DNA from: a virus
Lineage: Duplodnaviria > Caudoviricetes
Virus record (IMG/VR): IMGVR_UViG_3300031942_000024
Location: 1 to 38,902 of that record
Length of the DNA stretch: 38,902 bases
Direction: 5' to 3' (one strand)
A model generated the notes under the pieces. It saw only the letters and a list, made by a program, of their open reading frames with translations. It had not been told where the DNA came from and ran no database searches. Each line of letters begins with the position of its first letter. The first letter of the stretch is position 1. Position numbers and translations under genes: made by a program. Positions 1-9,025 of the stretch are shown here, piece by piece.

Positions 1-94
1 GAAGAAAGCGACCGCCGGCGGCGTGCCGGTGACGGTCTCGACCGGCGGCGCCAGCGGCATGACCACGGCGCCGACGACTTGGACGTTCACCTAG
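1..94 (+). CDS. 3' end of a gene truncated by the window edge, possibly ending in an Ig/IPT-like domain
   Basis: Frame 2 reads KKATAGGVPVTVSTGGASGMTTAPTTWTFT* with TAG at 92-94 directly abutting the next ATG at 95. Confidence 0.55.
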   Translation, partial: KKATAGGVPVTVSTGGASGMTTAPTTWTFT

Positions 95-385
95 ATGGCC
101 CGCCCGGTCGTTACCGTGGCCGCGGGCGGGCTGCCGGTCGTCGACAATTCGGCGGCCAGCCCGAAGGCCTTGCACGGCATCGCGGTCAGCGAGGCCGCCA
201 ACGGCTTCGGCATGCCGGTGACCAAGGTGACCGGCAAGCCCGGCCTTCCCGTGATCTACGTCACGCCGGTGATCGGCAATCCCTTGTTTGCAGGAGCAGG
301 ACATGACCGACAAACCCTCGACCCAAAGCCAGAGCCAGAGCCAGAGCCAGAACCAGACCATGCCCAGGAGCGGAAATCCGGGTGA
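95..385 (+). CDS. hypothetical phage protein (Val/Gly/Pro-rich)
   Basis: ATG immediately follows the upstream stop; phage-like codon usage; the 3' end overlaps the next gene across an AGCCAG repeat. Confidence 0.6.
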   Translation: MARPVVTVAAGGLPVVDNSAASPKALHGIAVSEAANGFGMPVTKVTGKPGLPVIYVTPVIGNPLFAGAGHDRQTLDPKPEPEPEPEPDHAQERKSG

Positions 386-671
386 TCTGCCCAGCATCAA
401 CGAGCCGGTATCGATTCCGAGCCAGCTGCCCGAGTACCAGGATCTGCCGGTGGGCTCGCAGGTTCCGCAAGGCGCGAGCCAGGGCCAGGCCGCTGAGAGC
501 CCGCCGCCGCCCAAGCCGGGCGAGGACGAGGACGAGGAGGACGAGAAAGAGGACGATGAGGACGAGCCCGAGGAGGAGCCGCCCAGGCAGGTCGCGGTCA
601 AGTCCAGGCCGCCGCACCGCGGCACGCCGGCGAAGACGCTTCCCCGCAGGCGCAAGGGGAAGCGGGGATGA
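303..671 (+). CDS. hypothetical protein with acidic tract and basic C-terminus
   Basis: SD-like CAGGAGCAGGA before ATG 303; ATGA overlap with the next gene at 668-671. Confidence 0.65.
   Translation: MTDKPSTQSQSQSQSQNQTMPRSGNPGDLPSINEPVSIPSQLPEYQDLPVGSQVPQGASQGQAAESPPPPKPGEDEDEEDEKEDDEDEPEEEPPRQVAVKSRPPHRGTPAKTLPRRRKGKRG
327..350 (+). repeat. (AGCCAG)x4 tandem repeat
   Basis: Seen directly; reads PEPEPEP in the 95 ORF and SQSQSQ in the 303 ORF. Confidence 0.85.
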
Positions 672-1000
672 CCGATGAGCGGCATGAGATCGAGCTGGTC
701 GAGATCGAGCCTGGCAAATGGCGCGTCAAGAAGGCGGTGCCGGCGCCGGCGCGCGCCGATCTGCCGCTGCCCTCCGTCATCTCGGACAGCATGGAGCCGA
801 CCGAGCAGGTCGATGGTCGATTCTATACCAGTAAGCGGGCGTTTCGCGCCGCGGGGCGCGCGCTCGGCCTGATCGAGGTCGGGACCGAGAAATTCAAGCC
901 GAAGCAGCGCGCGACCGATCAGCCCGAGGAGCGGCGCCGCCGCCGGGACGATCTCAAGGTTGCGCTGGAACGCTACAAGGCCGGTCAACGGCCGGAATAA
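668..1000 (+). CDS. hypothetical phage head-module protein
   Basis: ATGA coupling with the upstream gene; globular-looking sequence (DGRFYTSKRAFR...GLIEVGTE) just before the scaffold gene. Confidence 0.75.
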   Translation: MTDERHEIELVEIEPGKWRVKKAVPAPARADLPLPSVISDSMEPTEQVDGRFYTSKRAFRAAGRALGLIEVGTEKFKPKQRATDQPEERRRRRDDLKVALERYKAGQRPE

Positions 1001-1006
1001 CCGGGT

Positions 1007-1026
1007 ATCGGATCCGGAGATCCGAT
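1007..1026 (+). promoter_or_regulatory. hairpin over the scaffold ribosome-binding site
   Basis: ATCGGATC-CGGA-GATCCGAT perfect 8-bp stem; GGAG (1016-1019) lies in the loop and 3' arm; ATG at 1028. Confidence 0.5.
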
Positions 1027-1027
1027 C

Positions 1028-2281
1028 ATGGGCGACATAGCTACTCAGGCTGCGGCCACTTTCGCGCCGGCCAACGAGGTTCCGATCGAGACCAACCCCG
1101 TCGCCATTCCGAATCCGATGTCGTCGACGGCGCCCGAGGCGCCGGTCGGCGACATCAAGGGCTCCGAGCATAGGCCGCCAAGCCGCAGGGAAGCGATCCA
1201 GGCGGCTTTCGAGCGCGCCCAGCGTCCGCCACCTCCGAAGGCGAAAGAGCCCTCCAGGCCCGCCGCAAGGCCGGCAGAGGCCAAGCCAGGGCATAACCAG
1301 CCGCCGGAGCCGGCCGAGCCCGAGGCGCTGAATCTCAAAAAGCGGCCCGACGAGCAGGCCGCGCCGGCGCCGCAGCCGCGCGGCGATCGCGGTCAATTCG
1401 CTCCGCGGCCGCGGCCGCCGGCCGCGGGCGCCGCGACCGAGACCGCGGCGCCAGCCGGTCAGCCTGTCCGCGAACTGCCGCGCGATGCGCCGTTTCGGGA
1501 TCCGATCCCGCGAATGAGCGACCAGGCCCGCGCCGACTGGCACGCGACCCCCGAATCGGTGCGCGGCGACGTCCACCGGGTCGCCCAGGAGTTCACGCGC
1601 TTCTATCAGAGGACCAAGGCCGACGTCGAAGCCATGAAACCGATCAAGCGGTTTCACGACATGGCGGTGGCGCACGGCACCACCCTGGAGCGCGCGCTGA
1701 CGAGCTATGTCGGGATGGAGCAGAAGCTGCGCACCGACCTGATCGGCGGCCTCGACACCATCGTCAACAATCTGCGGCTCAAGACCGTCGACGGCCAGCC
1801 GATCACGATGCGCGATGTCGCTTACCATGTGCTGTCGCAGACGCCCGAGCAGGTGCGGCTGATGCAGCAGGGCAATCAGCAGCAGGCGGCCGCCAATCAG
1901 ATCGGCGCACTGCACCAGCAGATCGCCAACTTGCAAAATACCGTCACGCAGATGCATAATCAGCAGCGGTTCATCCAGACGCGGGCCGGCGTCGACCAGT
2001 TCGCCGACAGCCGTCCGCGGTTCGATGAACTCGCTGACCTGATCAAGCAGGAGATTGATCTCGGCTTTGATCTCGACACCGCCTACCGGCGCGCGGAGTT
2101 GCTCCGCCCGACCACACACGCGGATCAGACCCGCAACACATCGGCTCAGACCCGACCCACTACCGATCGTTCGATCTCGGGCGCGCCGGCCGGCAGCAAC
2201 GGCTCGCGTCCCCCGCAGAAGAACATCGGCCGCCGTGAAGCCATCGCTGACGCGATGAAACGTGCCGGCGCGGGCTTCTAG
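1028..2281 (+). CDS. putative capsid scaffolding protein
   Basis: Immediately upstream of the major capsid gene; Pro-rich disordered N-terminus, RGDRGQFA motif, Gln-rich coiled coil, C-terminal RREAIADAMKR helix. Confidence 0.75.
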   Translation: MGDIATQAAATFAPANEVPIETNPVAIPNPMSSTAPEAPVGDIKGSEHRPPSRREAIQAAFERAQRPPPPKAKEPSRPAARPAEAKPGHNQPPEPAEPEALNLKKRPDEQAAPAPQPRGDRGQFAPRPRPPAAGAATETAAPAGQPVRELPRDAPFRDPIPRMSDQARADWHATPESVRGDVHRVAQEFTRFYQRTKADVEAMKPIKRFHDMAVAHGTTLERALTSYVGMEQKLRTDLIGGLDTIVNNLRLKTVDGQPITMRDVAYHVLSQTPEQVRLMQQGNQQQAAANQIGALHQQIANLQNTVTQMHNQQRFIQTRAGVDQFADSRPRFDELADLIKQEIDLGFDLDTAYRRAELLRPTTHADQTRNTSAQTRPTTDRSISGAPAGSNGSRPPQKNIGRREAIADAMKRAGAGF

Positions 2282-2310
2282 TCTGAACCCTTTTTTGTGT
2301 GGAGCGGGCG

Positions 2311-3333
2311 ATGCCCAACATCAACACCAATGCTGCTTATCAGCAAGTGCTCTCGATGGCGCTGGAGCAGCGCTCTCAAGGCTACCAGGATCTGGTCTCG
2401 AACAACAACGCGCTGCTGGCGGTGATGCGACGCAAGGGATTGTGGCAGACTTACAGCGGGCCGCGGATCCGGCAGACGCTGCAAATTTCCAAGAACATCG
2501 CGCAATGGTACAGCGGCTATGACCAGTTGATCAATCCGGCGCTCGACATGTTCAACGACGCTTTCTTTGATCCAAAGCAAGTGGTCGTGCCGGTGGTGCT
2601 CTCAATGCAGGAGATCCTGAATAACGAGGGCTCGAATCAATTGCTCGACGTCTACGACACCTATATCGAGGCAGCGGAGAAGGCGCTGGAGGATGCGATG
2701 GACGCAGCCCTCTACGGCGACGGCTCCGCCAATGGCGGCAAGCAGCTCACCGGCCTGGCGACCGCGGTTCCGATCGTTAACACATCAGGCACCTATGGCG
2801 GCATCGATCGCGGCACCGCCACGATCTGGCGCACGCAGACCTATGACGCGCAAAGCGCCAACGCCGCGATCGGCACCCAGGTGAACTCGACCACGATCCG
2901 GCCCTGGCTCAATTATGTCATGACCAAGCAGTCGCGCGGCCGCGACTATGCCGACCTCCTGATCATGTCGCCGGAGCATTACGCCGCCTATGACGCGGCC
3001 ACCGTCGCGATCCAGCGCCAGACCAACGACACCACGCTCGGCAAGCTGGGCTTCTCCGCGCTCGAATATATCGGCGGCGGCAAGCGCGCCGAGATCGTGC
3101 TGGACGGCGGCATCGGATCGAACATGCCGGCCAACACGACGTTCGGCTTGAACACCGACACGTTCCGCGTCCGTTATCATCCCAACCGCAACTTCGACAA
3201 GCTGTTCGACGGCGACGGCCAGATGCCGATCGACAAGGATGCGATTGCGCAATTCATCGGCTGGATGGGCGAATTGACGATGACCAATCCGCTCTTCAAC
3301 TGGCGATTCTACGATAGCAACCCGGCAACCTGA
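2311..3333 (+). CDS. major capsid protein
   Basis: GGAG SD before ATG 2311; about 340 aa; strong codon bias; LYGDG...QLTGL and YGGIDR motifs typical of HK97-fold podovirus coat proteins; followed by a terminator-like structure. Confidence 0.85.
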   Translation: MPNINTNAAYQQVLSMALEQRSQGYQDLVSNNNALLAVMRRKGLWQTYSGPRIRQTLQISKNIAQWYSGYDQLINPALDMFNDAFFDPKQVVVPVVLSMQEILNNEGSNQLLDVYDTYIEAAEKALEDAMDAALYGDGSANGGKQLTGLATAVPIVNTSGTYGGIDRGTATIWRTQTYDAQSANAAIGTQVNSTTIRPWLNYVMTKQSRGRDYADLLIMSPEHYAAYDAATVAIQRQTNDTTLGKLGFSALEYIGGGKRAEIVLDGGIGSNMPANTTFGLNTDTFRVRYHPNRNFDKLFDGDGQMPIDKDAIAQFIGWMGELTMTNPLFNWRFYDSNPAT

Positions 3334-3371
3334 TTCGGGAGGTTTGCACCGATACCCGGCCTCCCGGTACT

Positions 3372-3433
3372 TGAGGTCGTCGCTGCGATGAGTTGGTGGG
3401 AGCCTTCCTCCCGCGGCGGCGGCCTCATTTTTT
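3372..3433 (+). terminator. long stem-loop plus T6 after the capsid gene
   Basis: TGAGGTCGTCGCTGCG (3372-3387) pairs with CGCGGCGGCGGCCTCA (3412-3427) with three G-U pairs, then TTTTTT. Confidence 0.6.
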
Positions 3434-3453
3434 GCAATCACGGAGTGACAGAC

Positions 3454-4179
3454 ATGCCGATGCGCAATCCCGATGACGCGGTTGTCGCGATCTTTCGCAC
3501 CATCGCAACCAAGAATGACAGCAAAAGCGCCGCGGCGGGCCGGCCGATCTTCGACGATGTCGACGTCTGCGAGCTGCGCTATCCCGGATCGAAAAATGTC
3601 GGTGTCTATCCGGCGACGGGCTTTTCGCATTGGGCGAGCGACCCGGTCAGTGGCGAACAAGCCAAGATAAGCTACGCCGAGCGGTTTGCGCATCAATACC
3701 GGCAATTCAAGATGCACGCGACCCAGACAAAATCGGGCACACCGTTGAGCGAAGTGGTGTTCCTGACCGAGGCCAGGCGCGCCGAGCTGCGAGCGTTCAA
3801 TCTCTATACCGTCGAAGCGCTCGCCGCGATTGACGGATTGGAGCTGAAGAACCTGGGCCCAAACGGCCGCGAACTCAAGAACAAAGCGATCGAGTACATC
3901 GAGAACGCCGCCAACCGGGCGCCCGACACCCAACTCCTGGCCGAGCTGGACGCTCTGCGGGCGCGGAATAGCCTGCTGGAGGAGGACAACAAGCACCTGA
4001 AAACTCTGCATCCTCCGACCGAGCCGTCCGTCGGTCCCGATCAAAGTTTTGAGGACATGTCGCTCCCGCAGTTGCGTGACTTCATCGCCCAAAATTCGGG
4101 TTTTCCGCCGCAAGGCAACATCAGTCGGAAGACCCTGATCCGCATGGCCAAGGATTTGGCAACCGAAAAGGCGGCCTGA
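3454..4179 (+). CDS. conserved phage protein with a C-terminal small helical (Rho-N/LEM-like) domain
   Basis: GGAG SD before ATG 3454; GRPIFDDV...YPG motif; C-terminal FEDMSLPQLRDFI...ISRKTLIRMA. Confidence 0.7.
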   Translation: MPMRNPDDAVVAIFRTIATKNDSKSAAAGRPIFDDVDVCELRYPGSKNVGVYPATGFSHWASDPVSGEQAKISYAERFAHQYRQFKMHATQTKSGTPLSEVVFLTEARRAELRAFNLYTVEALAAIDGLELKNLGPNGRELKNKAIEYIENAANRAPDTQLLAELDALRARNSLLEEDNKHLKTLHPPTEPSVGPDQSFEDMSLPQLRDFIAQNSGFPPQGNISRKTLIRMAKDLATEKAA

Positions 4180-4892
4180 TGTCGCTGCTGACGACCATAC
4201 AGGACGTATGCCCGGTGATCGGCGTGGCGGTGCCGCAGTCGGTGTTCGCCAACATTCCCGCCAACCGGACCATGCAGGAAATGCTGGCGCTGGCCAATGA
4301 AATGGCGCGGCGCATCAGCTACGACAACCGCGACTGGACCTTGTTCAAGACCACGCAGGTCTATGCCGGCGACGGCGTCAAGACCTCGTTTCCGATGCCG
4401 GCCGACTACAAGCGCATGCTGCTCAACAGCAATGTCTGGCGCTCGACTTCGACCGCCTACCCGATGCGCTTCATTCCCGACTACGACAGCTGGCTGCAAC
4501 GCCGCATGATGAATATCAACGATGCCCGCGGCGAGTGGACCATGGTCGGCGGCCAGATGCTGATCTGGCCAGCGCTGTCGAACGGGGCGACGGCGACCTA
4601 TACCTATCTGAAGAAGAACTGCATCAACCTGACCAGCGGCGGCGCCGGTAGCACCTTCCTCGCCGACACCGACAGCTTCGCGCTCGACGAGCGGCTGCTG
4701 ACGCTCGGCATGATCTGGCAATGGAAAGCGAACAAGGGCTCCCCCTACAACGAGGACATGGCGACTTTTTCCGACGCGATGGCGAAGGCCATGGGCGCCG
4801 ACAGTCCGTCGCCGATCGTGATCGGCCGCATGCCACTGTCCTACGCCACCAAGGACGCCTATCCGTTCCCGCTGCCGGATCCCGGACCATGA
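4179..4892 (+). CDS. head-to-tail adaptor (podovirus tail tubular protein A-like)
   Basis: TGATG coupling; MSLLTTIQDVC start and MPADYKRM motif; position between capsid and nozzle genes. Confidence 0.7.
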   Translation: MSLLTTIQDVCPVIGVAVPQSVFANIPANRTMQEMLALANEMARRISYDNRDWTLFKTTQVYAGDGVKTSFPMPADYKRMLLNSNVWRSTSTAYPMRFIPDYDSWLQRRMMNINDARGEWTMVGGQMLIWPALSNGATATYTYLKKNCINLTSGGAGSTFLADTDSFALDERLLTLGMIWQWKANKGSPYNEDMATFSDAMAKAMGADSPSPIVIGRMPLSYATKDAYPFPLPDPGP

Positions 4893-6754
4893 CCGCGCTC
4901 GCCGCCTATCAGGGCTTTCGTCGCATGCCGGTGCCGCAGCAGGTGGCGCAACGGCTGGAGACCATTTCGATTCCGGCGCCGACCCGCGGCATCATCATGG
5001 ACGAGAACGAAGCCTATATGCAGCCCGGCGCGGCGGTGGTGTGCGACAACTGGAAGCCGACCCTGCGCGGCGTCGCGCTGCGCGGCGGCTGCACCCGCTA
5101 TGCGACGCTGACCGAGACCACGCCGGTGATCTCGATGTTTCGCTACGCCAGCGGCAACAATCAGAAGATCTTCGCCGGCAACGCCGCCAAGCTGTACGAC
5201 GTCACCACCGGCACGCCGGTGTTGGTGGCGTCCGGCCAGCACAGCGGCAATTACTGCGCCTCGCAGCTCGCCAACCAGGGCGGCGACTGGCTGATCGCGG
5301 TCAACGATTTCGGTGATTATCCGCTGCGCTTCAACGGCACCAGCTGGGTCGTGCTGGACGGCACGCCGCCGCCGGCCTGGGTCAACAACACCGCCTATGC
5401 GATCAATGCGCGGGCGTTCGATTCCAGCGATCGTTCCTACTGGAAATGCGCGGTGGCGCATACCAGCGCCGCCGCCGGCACTTTCGCCGCCGACCGCGCC
5501 GCGCATCCGACCTACTGGGTCGCGGACACGGCCTCCGATGGTGTCAGCTGGATCGTCGGCCCCGCCGGCACCAACGTCGTCAACGGCGGCAACCTGACCT
5601 ATGTCTGCAAGTACCGCAATCGCTGGTTCTTCATCGAGGCCAGCAGCATGAACGCCTGGTATCTGCCGCTCAATGCGGTCGGCGGCATGCTCTCCATGAT
5701 CCCGCTGTCGGGCGCCGCGACCAAGGGCGGCAAGCTGCTATTCATCGCAAGCTGGTCGATCGATGCCGGCGACGGCATCGACGACAAGATCGTGTTCGGC
5801 ACCGACCTCGGTGAACTCTTGATCTTCACCGGCTCCGATCCGAGCAATTCCAGCAACTGGCGCCAGGAAGGCCGCTATACAATCTCGCCGCCGATGGGCA
5901 TGAACGCGCATCTGCCGATCGGCGGCGATATGTTGATCGCCACCACGTCCGGCATCATCCCGATCTCGGCCGCCATCACCAAGTCGAGCGAAGAGCTCGA
6001 ACTGGCTGCGATCACCCGCGCCATCAAGCCGATGTGGCGCGACGAGGTCAACGCCAAACGGTCCTGGTCGTGGACCTTGGAGAACTGGGAGCCATACGGC
6101 GGCATCTTCGTCACCTGGCCCGGCGGCACGCCCGGCAACCGCTACTGCGCGGTGGTCAACGCCGCGACCGGCGCCTGGGCGCGATTCGTCGGCTACGACG
6201 CGACCTGCTTCGTCAAGATGCGCGATGATATGTTCTTCGGCACCCAGGATGGTTATGTCATGCATGCCGACCAGACCGGCGCCGACGACGGCCTGGCCTA
6301 TGTCGCCACCCTGGTCGGCGGCTGGGAGATGTTTCAATCGCCGGCGCAGACCCTGGTGTGGCGCCAGGCCCGCGCCACCTTCACCGCGCCGACCGGCCAG
6401 ATCTTCCAGCCGCAGCTGGGCGCCTGCACCGATTTTATTCTGGCGTTGCCGACCCCGCCGCCGGCGCAGCCGGATCCGGGCCCGCTCGACGCCTGGGACC
6501 AGGGACATTGGGGTCCTGATATGGGCGGTCCGCCGCCGCCGATACCGACCCCGCCGCAGCGCGACCAGTACGCGCAGTGGGACCAGGTCATCACCACCCG
6601 GCCGCCGGTGCGCAACACCATGTGGGTATCGATCGGGGTCACCGGGTTCACACATGCCCCGGTGGTGCAGGCGACGGTCTCGCAGCAGGCCAAGCCGAAT
6701 ATCGAGCTGATCTCGATCAGCGCCGCCTTCGAGCGCGCGGGCATCAACGTATGA
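4889..6754 (+). CDS. tail nozzle / packaged-DNA stabilisation protein (P22 gp10-like, beta-propeller)
   Basis: ATGA overlap at 4889-4892; beta-rich repeats (YRNRWFFI, IVFGTDLGELLIFTGSDP); synteny after the adaptor. Confidence 0.7.
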   Translation: MTALAAYQGFRRMPVPQQVAQRLETISIPAPTRGIIMDENEAYMQPGAAVVCDNWKPTLRGVALRGGCTRYATLTETTPVISMFRYASGNNQKIFAGNAAKLYDVTTGTPVLVASGQHSGNYCASQLANQGGDWLIAVNDFGDYPLRFNGTSWVVLDGTPPPAWVNNTAYAINARAFDSSDRSYWKCAVAHTSAAAGTFAADRAAHPTYWVADTASDGVSWIVGPAGTNVVNGGNLTYVCKYRNRWFFIEASSMNAWYLPLNAVGGMLSMIPLSGAATKGGKLLFIASWSIDAGDGIDDKIVFGTDLGELLIFTGSDPSNSSNWRQEGRYTISPPMGMNAHLPIGGDMLIATTSGIIPISAAITKSSEELELAAITRAIKPMWRDEVNAKRSWSWTLENWEPYGGIFVTWPGGTPGNRYCAVVNAATGAWARFVGYDATCFVKMRDDMFFGTQDGYVMHADQTGADDGLAYVATLVGGWEMFQSPAQTLVWRQARATFTAPTGQIFQPQLGACTDFILALPTPPPAQPDPGPLDAWDQGHWGPDMGGPPPPIPTPPQRDQYAQWDQVITTRPPVRNTMWVSIGVTGFTHAPVVQATVSQQAKPNIELISISAAFERAGINV

Positions 6755-6761
6755 GGGTCCA

Positions 6762-8567
6762 ATGGCGCGGAGCTCCACATATGACCCGGTAGGTGCAATG
6801 GGAGGCCTGTTCGCGCCGGCCTTCATCTATGGCGATCCGGAGGCCGAGCAGGCGGTCGCGGCCTGGCTGGCGAAGAACCTCAAGACCCCGCCGGCGCCCG
6901 ACAAGCGCTATGTGCCGCCGCTGGCGTCGTCGCAGGATCCGACCGAGGCGGCGCGCAACGCCATCGCGCTGGCGATGTTGAACCGAGACGGCGCCGGTGA
7001 GGCCGGGATCGGCGCCACGCCCGGCGCGATAGCCGGCGAGCTCGGCGACGTCGCTGCGGCGCCTAGCGAAGCCGCGAGCCCGGGACCGTCGCAGAGCACG
7101 GGTCCGTCGCAGAGTACGGGCCCGTCGCAGGCCGCGAGCCCAGCGCCGTCGCCGGCGCCGCCGGCGCAGACCGGCTACGACGCTCCGATGGCGCAGGCGC
7201 TGGCTGAGACGCTGGCGGCAATGAACCCGGCGATTACTCAGCAGAACGTGCAGGCCGAGCCGACGCCCCAGGAAGACGCCATTGCGCTGGCGGAGGCCAA
7301 TCAGCAGGCCGTTAATGAGGGTTTCATGACCTCCGAGGGAATACCCGGCAAAGGCGTCACCACGACCACGCAATCGCTGGGCCCGATCTCGGCGCCGACG
7401 CCGGCGCCGACGCCAGCGCCGGCGCCGCCGGCACAGGTCGGCTACAACGCCCAGCTGGCGGAGGCGTTGAATGCAGTTCTGGCGGAGATGAATCCGGCGA
7501 TCACCGAGCCGTCGCTGGCCGAACAGACGGCACAAGCAAACGCTGCACTGGCGCAGGAAATGAATCAAACCTTCGGGCCGGAGGCGATGTCGCCGAATGC
7601 TCAGGTCTCGCAGGGCTTCGCCGACATGGGCAATGTCGGCGTCGGGACGATCGGCAATGCCGGGAACGCCGCCGCGCAGGGTGCCACGGGTATCGGCGCA
7701 GTCGCAGGCTCGCCCGGCATGGGGCCCGGCATGGGCGGCTTCGGGCCAGCCGGGTTTGGTGGCGCCGTCTCCGGACTCGGCGATGCCACCGTCGGCAATG
7801 TCGGCGAGGGCGTGGGCGGCTTCGGCACTGGCGCGACCGGTATCGCCGGCGTGTCGGCCAACGGTCCGTTTGGCGGCTCCGCCATCGGCAGTGCTGCGGA
7901 TGCGGCAGCGGCAGCGAACGCGAACGCGGCAGCGAACGCGGCAACGAACGCGAACGCGGTGGCAGCGCCCTCGGCGGTGTCGGCGGTGGCGGCGCCCAGT
8001 GCGCCGGCGCCGACTGCGGCGCAGATGGCCGAGGCGCAGGCCGCTTTGTCGGCGGCGATGAGCCAGGCAAATATGGCGGCGCCGCTTGGTCCTCCGGCGC
8101 CGCCTTCGGCGCAGACGCAGGCACAGGCCGACATGACGCAGGCGCAGGCGCAGGCCGACATGGCGCAGGCGGCGCAGAACGCAGTCGCCACGCAGAGCGA
8201 CGTCGCCGAGGCGATGTCGGCCATGGCCGACGACGCTTCTGCGGCGGCCGCCGCGGCCGCCGCGGCCAGCATCGGCGAGAGCGGCATCGGCTCGGTCAGC
8301 GGCGTCGGGCCTTCCGGCATCGGGCCCGGCGGCAACGAGGGTCAAGGCGTCTCCGGCGTCGGCGTCGGCACGATCGGGGGACCGGGTGAGGGCGTCGACG
8401 GCTTCGGCCTTGGCGCCAGCGCGATCAGCGGCGTGACCGGCGTCGCCGACGACGGCCTCGGCGGCATCACCGGTATCGGCTCGATCGCTGGCGAAGGCGA
8501 AGGTGAAGGCGAAGGCGACGGCGAGGGCGGCGATGGCGGTGACGGCGGTGACGGCGGAGGCTGGTGA
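6762..8567 (+). CDS. large acidic low-complexity (Ala/Gly/Pro/Gln) protein, function unknown
   Basis: 601-codon ORF filling the gap, TGATG-coupled to the next gene; internal repeat PAPPAQxGYxAxxAxALxxxLAxMNPAIT twice. Confidence 0.7.
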   Translation: MARSSTYDPVGAMGGLFAPAFIYGDPEAEQAVAAWLAKNLKTPPAPDKRYVPPLASSQDPTEAARNAIALAMLNRDGAGEAGIGATPGAIAGELGDVAAAPSEAASPGPSQSTGPSQSTGPSQAASPAPSPAPPAQTGYDAPMAQALAETLAAMNPAITQQNVQAEPTPQEDAIALAEANQQAVNEGFMTSEGIPGKGVTTTTQSLGPISAPTPAPTPAPAPPAQVGYNAQLAEALNAVLAEMNPAITEPSLAEQTAQANAALAQEMNQTFGPEAMSPNAQVSQGFADMGNVGVGTIGNAGNAAAQGATGIGAVAGSPGMGPGMGGFGPAGFGGAVSGLGDATVGNVGEGVGGFGTGATGIAGVSANGPFGGSAIGSAADAAAAANANAAANAATNANAVAAPSAVSAVAAPSAPAPTAAQMAEAQAALSAAMSQANMAAPLGPPAPPSAQTQAQADMTQAQAQADMAQAAQNAVATQSDVAEAMSAMADDASAAAAAAAAASIGESGIGSVSGVGPSGIGPGGNEGQGVSGVGVGTIGGPGEGVDGFGLGASAISGVTGVADDGLGGITGIGSIAGEGEGEGEGDGEGGDGGDGGDGGGW

Positions 8568-9025
8568 TGCTCGGCTACGTCTACGGACATAACGACCAGA
8601 TCGGAGCCTTCGTGGCGCAGCTGATCCCGCACTGCCGGCGCGGCTTCGGCGCCAATATTCAGACTATGGGCGTGCTCCAGGGCGACCGGCTGGTGGCCGG
8701 CATCGTCTGGCACAATTACGACCCCGATGCCGGCATCATCGAGCTGTCCGGCGCGGCGCTGCCCGGCGTGCACTGGCTGACCCGGCGCACCCTGCGCCGG
8801 ATGTACGAATTTCCGTTCGAGCAGTGCGGCTGCCAGATGGTGGTGCAGCGCACCCCGGCCGACGCCGAGATGCTGCTCGGATTGCTCGCGGCCTACGGCT
8901 TCGATTTCGTCGCGGTGCGCCGGTTGTTCGGCCGCGACCGCGACGGTGTGATCTGCACGCTGACCCTGGAAGCCTGGCTTGCCAACAAGTTCAACCGTAG
9001 CGTTCGCAACAAGGAGGCCGCCTGA
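8567..9025 (+). CDS. GNAT-fold acetyltransferase-like virion assembly protein
   Basis: LVAGIVWHNY...IELSGAA...WLTRRTL...FPFEQCGC pattern; GNAT-like genes commonly sit between tail and ejection genes in podoviruses. Confidence 0.7.
   Translation: MLGYVYGHNDQIGAFVAQLIPHCRRGFGANIQTMGVLQGDRLVAGIVWHNYDPDAGIIELSGAALPGVHWLTRRTLRRMYEFPFEQCGCQMVVQRTPADAEMLLGLLAAYGFDFVAVRRLFGRDRDGVICTLTLEAWLANKFNRSVRNKEAA

Noticed and set aside
4721-4888. Upstream extension of the nozzle ORF
   Set aside because: Overlaps the adaptor gene; the ATGA coupling at 4889 is the more plausible start.
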